Position numbers and translations under genes: made by a program. From the NCBI GenBank assembly GCA_015066595.1, contig SVNZ01000003.1:112836-176835 (forward strand): DNA of 64,000 bases, written 5' to 3'. Source of the DNA: Oscillospiraceae bacterium (lineage in GTDB: Bacteria > Bacillota > Clostridia > Oscillospirales > Acutalibacteraceae). This document shows, one piece after another, positions 56,271 through 64,000 of this stretch. Positions within the stretch are counted from its first letter, which is position 1. Each line of letters starts with the position of its first letter. Below the pieces are notes generated by a model that ran no database searches, was not told where the DNA came from, and worked only from the letters and a program-made list of their open reading frames with translations.

Positions 56271-57962
56271 ATGGCACTCGACGGAATGATGCTCAGTCTT
56301 ATCAAAGATGAGCTTTCAAAGGAGCTAAAAGACGCTCACATAAATCAAATACATCAACCCTCAAAAGACGAACTGACTATTAACTTCCGCACAAAAAACG
56401 GAGCAAGAAAACTCTTTTTGAGTGCACGTGCCGACTGTGCAAGAGTGCATTTCACCGATAATGCTCCCGAAAACCCTAGTACACCGCCGATGCTGTGTAT
56501 GCTTCTTAGAAAACGCTTGTGTGGTGCTCGACTTATTGACATCAGACAGCCCCATTTTGAGCGCATACTTTTCTTTGATTTTGAAGCCACAAACGAGATA
56601 GGTGACAGAGAAAACCTCACACTTTGTATTGAGATAATGGGCAGATACTCAAATATCATTTTGATTGATAGCAAGGGTTTGGTCGTTGATGCACTAAAGC
56701 GTGTTGATGTCACTATGACCAGAGAGCGTGTTGTTCTTCCTAAAATCAAGTACATTATGCCACCAGCACAGGATAAGTTTGATGTTTTAGAAGTAACTGC
56801 TGATGAAATAACACAAGCTGTAAGCAATGTTGACAAACCGCTTGACAAAGCGATTTTATCTTCAGTGCAGGGTATATCGCCGATTGTGTGCAGAGAGCTC
56901 GAACACAGAGTTTTGAGTGGTTCTGATTTAAATAGCGAGATTGAAAAGCTAAGACAGCTTTTAGATAGTAAGAACGCTACCCCTACTATGATAGAAAAAA
57001 GCGAAAATGCTCCGTTTGATATATCATTTATGGATATCACTCAGTATGGTGATACACTTATCACAAAGCGTTTTGAAACATTTTCTGAGTTACTGGACAG
57101 CTTTTACTATCAGCGAGATATGGCTGTTCGGATGAAGTCAAAAAGTAGTGATCTTCACAAGCTTATCTCAAATACGATTGAACGACTCTCAAAGAAGATA
57201 AATATCCAGAATGAAGAGCTCAAAAAATGCTCTGACAGAGAGCATCTTAGAATAAAAGGCGATCTGCTCCAAGCGAATCTGTACCGCATACAAAAAGGTG
57301 CGATGTTCGCAGAAGTTGAAAATTTTTACGAAGAAGATTCACCGATATTGAGAATTGTGCTCGACCCGAGTATATCTCCTGCACAAAACGCTCAGAAATT
57401 CTACAAAGCATATGCCAAAGCAAAAACCGCACAGCAGATGCTCACTATCCAGATAGAAAAAGCTGAGCAGGAGCTACAGTATATGATATCTGTGCAGGAC
57501 TTTTTAGAACGTGCAGTATCTGACAAGGAACTGTCACAGATACGACTTGAGCTTGTTGAGCAAGGCTATATAAAAGAACGCAGGAACCAAAAACAAAAAG
57601 TTGTGAAAGCGCTGCCACCTCTCGAGTTTGAGACCTCGGATGGATTTACGGTTCTGGTCGGCAGAAATAACAAGCAAAACGATGTGCTCACGCTGAAAAC
57701 TGCGTCAAAACTCGACTACTGGTTCCACACAAAAAATATTCCGGGCTCACACACTGTTGTGCTGACACAAGGCAGAGAAATAAGTGATACAGCAATAAAG
57801 GAGGCGGCAGCCATCTGTGCATATCACAGCAAAGCAAAAGACTCCGCCCAAGTTCCCGTGGACTACACTCTGGTGAAAAACGTCAGCAAGCCAAGCGGAG
57901 CAAAACCGGGCAAAGTGATATATGTAAGCTACAACACAGTTTACGTTACACCTAAAATTTAA
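56271..57962 (+). CDS. rqcH: Ribosome quality control factor RqcH (NFACT/FbpA)
   Basis: MALDG, LRKRL, EIMGRYSNIIL, NAQKFYKAY.KAK, VGRNNKQND, PGSH, VPVDYT. Confidence 0.94.
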   Translation: MALDGMMLSLIKDELSKELKDAHINQIHQPSKDELTINFRTKNGARKLFLSARADCARVHFTDNAPENPSTPPMLCMLLRKRLCGARLIDIRQPHFERILFFDFEATNEIGDRENLTLCIEIMGRYSNIILIDSKGLVVDALKRVDVTMTRERVVLPKIKYIMPPAQDKFDVLEVTADEITQAVSNVDKPLDKAILSSVQGISPIVCRELEHRVLSGSDLNSEIEKLRQLLDSKNATPTMIEKSENAPFDISFMDITQYGDTLITKRFETFSELLDSFYYQRDMAVRMKSKSSDLHKLISNTIERLSKKINIQNEELKKCSDREHLRIKGDLLQANLYRIQKGAMFAEVENFYEEDSPILRIVLDPSISPAQNAQKFYKAYAKAKTAQQMLTIQIEKAEQELQYMISVQDFLERAVSDKELSQIRLELVEQGYIKERRNQKQKVVKALPPLEFETSDGFTVLVGRNNKQNDVLTLKTASKLDYWFHTKNIPGSHTVVLTQGREISDTAIKEAAAICAYHSKAKDSAQVPVDYTLVKNVSKPSGAKPGKVIYVSYNTVYVTPKI

Positions 57963-57975
57963 AGAAAAGCATAAG

Positions 57976-58010
57976 AAAAAGGCATAGAGCAAAACGCTCT
58001 ATGCCTTTTT
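57976..58010. terminator. Bidirectional terminator between rqcH and mutS2
   Basis: AAAAAGGCATAGAGC / GCTCTATGCCTTTTT. Confidence 0.92.
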
Positions 58011-58022
58011 AGTTTGTTAAAG

Positions 58023-60371
58023 TTATTTAAGTTCAACGATTGTAACGCCTGCTTCGCCCTCACCAAAGGTGCCAAGTCTGAAATGCTTGACCGCTTTGTG
58101 AGTTTTTAAGTGGCGGTGGATTTCAGCTCTGAGTACACCTGTTCCTTTACCGTGAATAACGGTCAGGGTGTGGGTGTTTGTTAGTATCGCTGTGTCGATT
58201 GCCTGATCTACTGCGATGATAGCTTCTATCGCTGTCTGACCACGCAAATCAATTTCGGTTTGGGCACGAGAAGAAACACTTTTTGTGACTTTTCGTTCAG
58301 GTCGTTTCTGGACTGTTACTTTCTCGTCATTTAAAAGTCGCAGGTTCGAAAGAGCTACTCTTGTTTTGATGATACCTGCCTGAACAAGAACCTGACCTTT
58401 GTCAGGCTTTTCGAGCACCTCTGCCTTTTTGTCGATATCAAAGATGAGCACCTTGTCGCCGACCTTGAGCTCTCGTGGCAGTTTGTATGAGTTACTTTGA
58501 CCTTTTGCTATAGGGTCAGCTGTATCTTCAAGCTCGCGCATATTACGCTTGATTTTTGCTCTGTCTTCAGCACTCATATTATTTGATTTTTTTGCTTTTT
58601 CGAGCTCGTCTATGAGAGCGTACGCCTGAGCTTTTGTTTTAGAAAGCAGAAGTGAAGCCTCGTGCTTAGCTTTTTCTATCTCACGCTGTGAGTCACGCTT
58701 TGTGCGCTCGAGCTCTTTTTGAGCCAATTCACGGTCAAGTTTTGCTTTATGGAGCTCACTTTTTGTTTGCTTTAAGAGTTCGTCGAGCGATTGCCTGCGC
58801 TCTTCGAGCGTTTCGACAACGTCTTCAAACTGTCTGCTTTCAGCAGACACAAGCTGCTTTGCTCTGTCTACTATATCATCTTCCATGCCAAGCCTTTTTG
58901 ATATAGCAAAAGCGTTACTCTTACCCGGTACACCGATGAGCAGTTTGTAAGTAGGGCGCAGGGTTTTCACATCGAACTCGCAACAACCGTTTTCGACCTT
59001 TTCGGTTTTTAGTGCATACTCTTTGAGTTCAGCGTAATGAGTGGTGCTTGCGATTTTTGCACCTTTTGAGCGCAGTTTTTCAAGTATAGCTACAGCGAGC
59101 GCTGCACCCTCAACAGGGTCAGTTCCTGCACCTAGCTCATCAATGAGAGCAAGGGTAGAGCGGTTTGCAAGTTTTAGAATGCCGATGATGTTAGTCATAT
59201 GAGCCGAGAAAGTCGAGAGCGATTGCTCGATGCTCTGTTCATCACCGATATCAACGAGTACTCGTCTGAAAGTAGACAGTTCACTGTTTTCATCACAAGG
59301 CACCATAAGTCCACACATAGCCATAAGAGTGAGCAGTCCGATAGTCTTGAGCGATACGGTTTTACCGCCGGTGTTAGGACCTGTGATAACAAGTGTGTCA
59401 AAATCCTTGCCGAGTGTGATGTCAGTAGGAACAACGTTTTTATCAGGAATGAGCGGATGTCTAGCTTGCTTTAAGTCGATGATACCCTTGTCGTTCATCT
59501 TAGGTTTTACAGCCTTCATTTTATACGCAAGCTGTGCTTTTGCAAAAATAACGCTGATGTCTACAGCAAAGTTGTAGCTTTCGATGATCTCATCTGCGTG
59601 TGTGCCACAAGTGGCAGACAGCTCGTATAAAATTCGTTCTATTTCGGCTTTTTCTTTACTTTCCAGTACCCTTATGTCGTTGTTAGCCTGTACAACGCCC
59701 ATCGGCTCAATAAAAACAGTAGAGCCTGAAGAGGAGGTATCGTGAACTAAACCTGCGACATTTCCTCTGCATTCTGCTTTTACAGGGACAACATATCTTC
59801 CGTCACGCTGGGTGATTATAGCATCCTGCAGATACTTCTGGTATGTTGAAGAATGGACAATTTTGTCGAGCACCTCGCGTGCTTTTGACTGTGCCACTCT
59901 TATTTTGCGTCTGATGTCATAAAGGGTAGAAGAAGCGTTGTCAGAAAGCTCTTCTTCGCCTATGATGCAGGTGTTGATTTTTTCTTCCAAAAACTTGTTG
60001 GTAGAAAGCGACTCAAAGTGGTTGTCAAGTGAAGTTTCTACACTCGCTGATTTGTTGCGCCACTCCTTGATGCCTCGTATTATCCTCAGTGACTGAGCGA
60101 TACGCAGTAGCTCTATAGTAGTAAGACAACCACCTGCCTGAGCTCTGCGCAACGCGTTAGCGACGTTTTTGAGCCCTGAGAAAGATGGTGCACCAAACCT
60201 GCCGATGAGCATATACGCATCATCAGTTTGTGTCAGCAACTCATTGACTTCAAAAAGTCCCCACGTAGGCTCAATTTTGAGCACTTGCTTGTGGGCATCG
60301 TCATTAGAGGTTTCGTTTGCTAAAAGCTCTAATATTTTGTCAAGTTCTAGTGATTTAAAATGTCTGTTCAT
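58023..60371 (-). CDS. mutS2: MutS2 (Smr-domain ATPase/endonuclease)
   Basis: TGPNTGGKT, DIGDEQSIEQSLSTFS, DELGAGTDP, C-terminal Smr IHGKGTGVLR. Confidence 0.97.
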   Translation of the reverse strand: MNRHFKSLELDKILELLANETSNDDAHKQVLKIEPTWGLFEVNELLTQTDDAYMLIGRFGAPSFSGLKNVANALRRAQAGGCLTTIELLRIAQSLRIIRGIKEWRNKSASVETSLDNHFESLSTNKFLEEKINTCIIGEEELSDNASSTLYDIRRKIRVAQSKAREVLDKIVHSSTYQKYLQDAIITQRDGRYVVPVKAECRGNVAGLVHDTSSSGSTVFIEPMGVVQANNDIRVLESKEKAEIERILYELSATCGTHADEIIESYNFAVDISVIFAKAQLAYKMKAVKPKMNDKGIIDLKQARHPLIPDKNVVPTDITLGKDFDTLVITGPNTGGKTVSLKTIGLLTLMAMCGLMVPCDENSELSTFRRVLVDIGDEQSIEQSLSTFSAHMTNIIGILKLANRSTLALIDELGAGTDPVEGAALAVAILEKLRSKGAKIASTTHYAELKEYALKTEKVENGCCEFDVKTLRPTYKLLIGVPGKSNAFAISKRLGMEDDIVDRAKQLVSAESRQFEDVVETLEERRQSLDELLKQTKSELHKAKLDRELAQKELERTKRDSQREIEKAKHEASLLLSKTKAQAYALIDELEKAKKSNNMSAEDRAKIKRNMRELEDTADPIAKGQSNSYKLPRELKVGDKVLIFDIDKKAEVLEKPDKGQVLVQAGIIKTRVALSNLRLLNDEKVTVQKRPERKVTKSVSSRAQTEIDLRGQTAIEAIIAVDQAIDTAILTNTHTLTVIHGKGTGVLRAEIHRHLKTHKAVKHFRLGTFGEGEAGVTIVELK

Positions 60372-60383
60372 TATCTGTACCCG

Positions 60384-61136
60384 TTATGGAGTATCCTCCA
60401 TCATTTTAAAAAATTGGAGAGTTAAAAAATCCTTTTCTGTGACAGAGCTCAGATAGCTCTCGGTGATTACGTTGAGAAGTCTGAGCGAATCGTCGCTCAA
60501 AGAAAAAGAAAACAGCTTGTCAAAATCTGCGTATATTGTGTGGCGCAGTGCTGTGATTACGCTTTTTGAAGCGCTTATTCCTCTTGCACCATTGCTTTGA
60601 GCACAGCTTTGACATAAAAGCTTTCCTGTCTTTGGTATGAAGGCCATTTGCTCTGATTCATAAGTACCGCACGAGTCGCACATCACAAGGTCAGGCATAT
60701 AGCCGCACAGCAGCATAAGCCTCATTTCAACACACGCTTTTATAAGCAGAGGGTCCTTTTTTTCATTTGCGAGCAGGTGCAGAGCGTTTAATATGAGTCG
60801 CAGATAATCATTAGCGTCTGCTTCTTTTGGACACAAAGTCATAGAAAGCTCACAAAAATACTGTGCAAGACTCATATTCCTTACATTATTACGAAGTTTG
60901 ATGAACATCTCAATGCTCTGAGCTTCGTCGATAGTATATGTACCCTTGTTTTCAAAAACAGAAAGCTTTGAATAACACAAAAGCCCGGTGGCTGCACACT
61001 TCGGGCTTTTGATATTTTTAGCACGACGCACAAACGCACGAATAATACCGTGAGAATCGGTGAGCACAGTGACAAGCTTATCTTGTTCACGTATATTCTG
61101 CTCCTTGATTATCAGACCGTTTGTCTTGAATTTCAT
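60384..61136 (-). CDS. recO: DNA repair protein RecO
   Basis: EQDKLVTVLT..HG.IRAF, GYMPDLVMCDSC, CQSC; start refined to ATG 61136. Confidence 0.92.
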   Translation of the reverse strand: MKFKTNGLIIKEQNIREQDKLVTVLTDSHGIIRAFVRRAKNIKSPKCAATGLLCYSKLSVFENKGTYTIDEAQSIEMFIKLRNNVRNMSLAQYFCELSMTLCPKEADANDYLRLILNALHLLANEKKDPLLIKACVEMRLMLLCGYMPDLVMCDSCGTYESEQMAFIPKTGKLLCQSCAQSNGARGISASKSVITALRHTIYADFDKLFSFSLSDDSLRLLNVITESYLSSVTEKDFLTLQFFKMMEDTP

Positions 61137-61251
61137 CTTCTTCCTCCAAGGTGTCGTTCCTTTTCTTAGCATTCTGGATGGATTTGTAGTGTAGATAGTC
61201 GAGCACGCTTCCACTAATCAAAAAAGAATTCCACGCATCAGTTTCGTTCAT
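61087..61251 (-). CDS. YqzL-family small protein
   Basis: AWNSFLISGSVLDYLHYK; conserved position between era and recO; SD GAAAGG. Confidence 0.8.
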   Translation of the reverse strand: MNETDAWNSFLISGSVLDYLHYKSIQNAKKRNDTLEEEDEIQDKRSDNQGAEYT

Positions 61252-61361
61252 ACATATCTGCCTTTCAAGTAGATTCAGGATATCCCCTGAGATTATTATC
61301 CTACACAAAAGGTGAGATATAGTGGGAAATATGTAGAAGCCAAAAATTGTATTTTGGCGGA

Positions 61362-62273
61362 TTAGTCAAAGTCTTTTTGGTTAAAGCCGAAGTTGTTCAA
61401 AAGCACTTCGCGGTTACGCCAGTCCTCTTTAACTTTGACCCAGGTCTGAAGATTCACTTTGCAGTCAAAGAACTTCTCCATATCCTGTCGTGCATAGGTG
61501 CTGATTTTCTTGAGCATTGAGCCGCCTTTTCCGATGATGATGCCTTTGTGGGTTGAACGCTCACAGTAAATAGTCGCATCAATATCGAGAATATCTGAAT
61601 CTTCTCTTGTTTTCATACGCTCAATAACAACCGCAGTACCGTGTGGAATCTCTTTGTCAGTGAGTCTAAGAATCTTTTCTCTGATCATTTCAGCAGCGAG
61701 GACTTTTTCAGGCTGGTCAGTGAGTGCATCATCTTCGAAGAAATGTCCGCCCTCCTGACACAGCTTTTTGAGCTCGTCGAGTAAGTCGTCAACTCCCTTA
61801 CCGTCTACTGCACACACAGGCACAACAGCCTCGAAGTTGTATAAGCTTGAATATGACAAAATAAGCTCAAGCAACTGTTCCTTGTCTTTGAGCATATCAA
61901 TTTTGTTGATAGCAAGCACAACAGGAGTGTTTGATTTTTTGAACTTTTCAATCAGCATGAGCTCGGTTTTACCAACTTCTTTGTCAGCTTCAACAACCAA
62001 AACGCACGCATCAACACCCATCACGGACTCGTTGATGGAACGCACCATATACTGACCGAGTGTAGTTTTCGGTTTGTGCATACCCGGTGTGTCAATAAAC
62101 ACAAGCTGGTATTCACCCTGCGTCAGTATGCCCATGATACGAGTACGGGTGGTCTGTGGTTTACTACTTACTATTGCAATTTTTTGGTTGAGCATGCGGT
62201 TTAATAGCGAGCTTTTTCCGACATTTGGTCGGCCTGTCAGCGCTATAAACGCAGATTTATCTTTTTGGTTCAT
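61362..62273 (-). CDS. era: GTPase Era
   Basis: GRPNVGKSSL, KPQTTR, DTPG, NKID, KH domain EIPH..., IIIGKGG. Confidence 0.98.
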   Translation of the reverse strand: MNQKDKSAFIALTGRPNVGKSSLLNRMLNQKIAIVSSKPQTTRTRIMGILTQGEYQLVFIDTPGMHKPKTTLGQYMVRSINESVMGVDACVLVVEADKEVGKTELMLIEKFKKSNTPVVLAINKIDMLKDKEQLLELILSYSSLYNFEAVVPVCAVDGKGVDDLLDELKKLCQEGGHFFEDDALTDQPEKVLAAEMIREKILRLTDKEIPHGTAVVIERMKTREDSDILDIDATIYCERSTHKGIIIGKGGSMLKKISTYARQDMEKFFDCKVNLQTWVKVKEDWRNREVLLNNFGFNQKDFD

Positions 62274-62290
62274 ATTTCGTCCTTTTAGTT

Positions 62291-62824
62291 TTATTCCTGA
62301 ATGTCTTCTTTAACTTCTTTTTTTATTTTGCCTAACTTATCTTTGATGAATGGTACATAGTCCTGAGGCTTTACTGCGATGAACATAACTGCTATAGCAG
62401 ATCCTAAAATCAAGAGTATGAGATCAAATATGTTAGTAGTAAAGTGGAATAAAATGTATCTGAAGACATCTATTCTGAAAAGTATGATGAACGCAACAGC
62501 AACAGCACAGATAGCAGAGATAAGCACAGCGCCAGCTGAAACGTCTTTTATAAATTCAATGTTTTTGTTGTACTCTTTTGTTACTGTGTCACACAAACGC
62601 TCCATAGCGGTGTTGATAATTTCTGTGATAAAGACAGAAGCTATGGTGAGTGACAGCACCGCCCACTGAGCAGAAGAGAGGCTGTAGAACTTTAGACCAA
62701 AAGCTATTACATAAAGAGCTGCTACCAGATGAAAACGCATATGCGATTCTGTAACAAAAACCGACAGCAGACCCTTGAATGCGAACTTAAAACTATGTAG
62801 CTGTTTTATAAATCTTTCTTTCAT
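62291..62824 (-). CDS. dgkA: Diacylglycerol/undecaprenol kinase (DgkA family)
   Basis: SFKFAFKGL, EIINTAMERLCD, KDVSAGAVL. Confidence 0.9.
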   Translation of the reverse strand: MKERFIKQLHSFKFAFKGLLSVFVTESHMRFHLVAALYVIAFGLKFYSLSSAQWAVLSLTIASVFITEIINTAMERLCDTVTKEYNKNIEFIKDVSAGAVLISAICAVAVAFIILFRIDVFRYILFHFTTNIFDLILLILGSAIAVMFIAVKPQDYVPFIKDKLGKIKKEVKEDIQE

Positions 62825-62833
62825 AATAGCACC

Positions 62834-63337
62834 TTATTCTTCACCTATGTAGCTCTTGTTCACTTCGAGTCCGAGCATATCCATAACATATTCTTCTTTT
62901 TCTCTCATATGGACTTTATCGAGCGGTTCCATGTGGTCATATCCCAGAAGGTGAAGCACGCTGTGAGCTGTAAGATAACCTACCTCACGTTGAAAAGTAT
63001 GACCGTAGAGCTCTGATTGTTCCAAAGCCTTTTCCATAGAGATGACTACGTCGCCCAAAATCTGTGATCCTGTTTGTGGGTCGATGTCATATTTTCCCTC
63101 ACTTCCCATCGGAAAGCTTAACACATCGGTTTCGATAGGCTTGTCACGATACTGTGTGTTGAGCTCTTTGATTTGTTCGTTATCTACAAAAGTAACGCTG
63201 ATTTCGGCGTTGCCCTCAAACTGCTCCATGGTGAGCACAGCGTTACAGCAACGACGCACGAGCATTCTAAGCCCTGTCGGAATTTTGACTGATTTTTGTG
63301 AGTTTGTGATGACTACCCTTACCTTATCCTTTGTCAT
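62834..63337 (-). CDS. ybeY: rRNA maturation RNase YbeY
   Basis: [32 protein letters not shown]; start ATG 63337. Confidence 0.96.
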   Translation of the reverse strand: MTKDKVRVVITNSQKSVKIPTGLRMLVRRCCNAVLTMEQFEGNAEISVTFVDNEQIKELNTQYRDKPIETDVLSFPMGSEGKYDIDPQTGSQILGDVVISMEKALEQSELYGHTFQREVGYLTAHSVLHLLGYDHMEPLDKVHMREKEEYVMDMLGLEVNKSYIGEE

Positions 63338-64000
63338 GTCGTCTTTTTGCCTCCTCATTTTTTTCATATGCCTTGATGATGTCCTGCACAAGCTTGTGTC
63401 TTACAACATCTTTTTCAGAAAAAGTGACATGTTTTATGTCTTTTATGTTTTTGAGTATTCTGACAGCTTCTTTTAGACCACTTTTTGCACCGTTTGGAAG
63501 GTCAATCTGTGTGATGTCACCTGTGATGACCATTTTTGAACCGTTGCCAAGTCTGGTTAAGAACATTTTCATCTGTTCGCTAGTAGTGTTCTGCGCCTCG
63601 TCAAGAATGATGAACGAGTCGTCGAGTGTGCGTCCGCGCATATATGCAAGCGGAGCTACTTCGATATTGCCACGCTCTAAGTATTTCTGATATGTTTCAG
63701 CACCGAGCATATCAAACAGAGCGTCATACAGAGGTCGTAGATACGGGTCGACCTTGCTTTGTAAATCACCCGGCAGAAAACCGAGCTTTTCGCCGGCTTC
63801 GACAGCAGGGCGGGTGAGGATGATGCGGTTGATTTCTTTTGCTCTGAAAGCCGTAACAGCCATAGCGACAGCGAGGTACGTTTTACCTGTACCTGCAGGT
63901 CCAACGCCAATAGTGATGGTGTTGTCTTTTATAGCATTGCAGTAGTGCTTTTGCCCGATTGTTTTAGGCTTTATCGGCTTGCCTTTTGCGGTGACGCAGA
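63324..64000 (-). CDS. phoH: PhoH-family ATPase, 3' part; begins beyond the right window edge
   Basis: [49 protein letters not shown]. Confidence 0.97.
   Translation of the reverse strand, partial: CVTAKGKPIKPKTIGQKHYCNAIKDNTITIGVGPAGTGKTYLAVAMAVTAFRAKEINRIILTRPAVEAGEKLGFLPGDLQSKVDPYLRPLYDALFDMLGAETYQKYLERGNIEVAPLAYMRGRTLDDSFIILDEAQNTTSEQMKMFLTRLGNGSKMVITGDITQIDLPNGAKSGLKEAVRILKNIKDIKHVTFSEKDVVRHKLVQDIIKAYEKNEEAKRRHDKG

Noticed and set aside
58023-60371. Mismatch-repair MutS
   Set aside because: It lacks the N-terminal mismatch-binding domain and has a C-terminal Smr domain, so it is MutS2.
61087-61214. Apparent frameshift or long overlap at the recO start
   Set aside because: Resolved by start refinement (recO ATG 61136, yqzL 61251); the short yqzL-recO overlap fits the conserved Firmicute gene order.

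Overview
A mostly housekeeping chromosomal segment from a low-GC, spore-forming gut Firmicute. It is probably Oscillospiraceae/Ruminococcus-like: two genes carry dockerins and one carries CBM26-type starch-binding modules, reminiscent of the Ruminococcus bromii amylosome (inference). Core blocks are pnp-rpsO, ychF, msmX-cdaR-ftsEX-M23 peptidase, greA-lysS, an EF-G paralog, pgk-tpiA-gpmI, luxS, T-box-cysE-cysS, a long minus-strand run (trmB, lipoprotein, two-component system, DUF1385, prmC, recA, recX, rimO, pgsA), a sigH-like sigma factor, comM, murA-MBL hydrolase-rlmH-rqcH, and phoH-ybeY-dgkA-era-yqzL-recO-mutS2. Accessory pockets lie around tRNA-Thr(CGT) (1.8-3.3 kb), at 16.9-22 kb and at 28.8-35.5 kb. 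I see no CRISPR array, integrase, transposase, rRNA, prophage or recognisable defence system. The strongest candidates for new biology are: (1) a secreted metallophosphoesterase fused to three CBM26-like starch-binding modules and a dockerin, a possible amylosome starch/glucan phosphatase; (2) a roughly 200-nt highly structured element that encloses a 31-bp copy of the tRNA-Thr 3' end; (3) an EF-G paralog with degenerate GTPase motifs and a tandem upstream operator also seen at the cdaR-ftsEX promoter; (4) a repeated design in which a hairpin contains both a sporulation-type -10 element and the next gene's Shine-Dalgarno sequence. All family assignments come from motif recognition by eye; no searches or folding programs were run.
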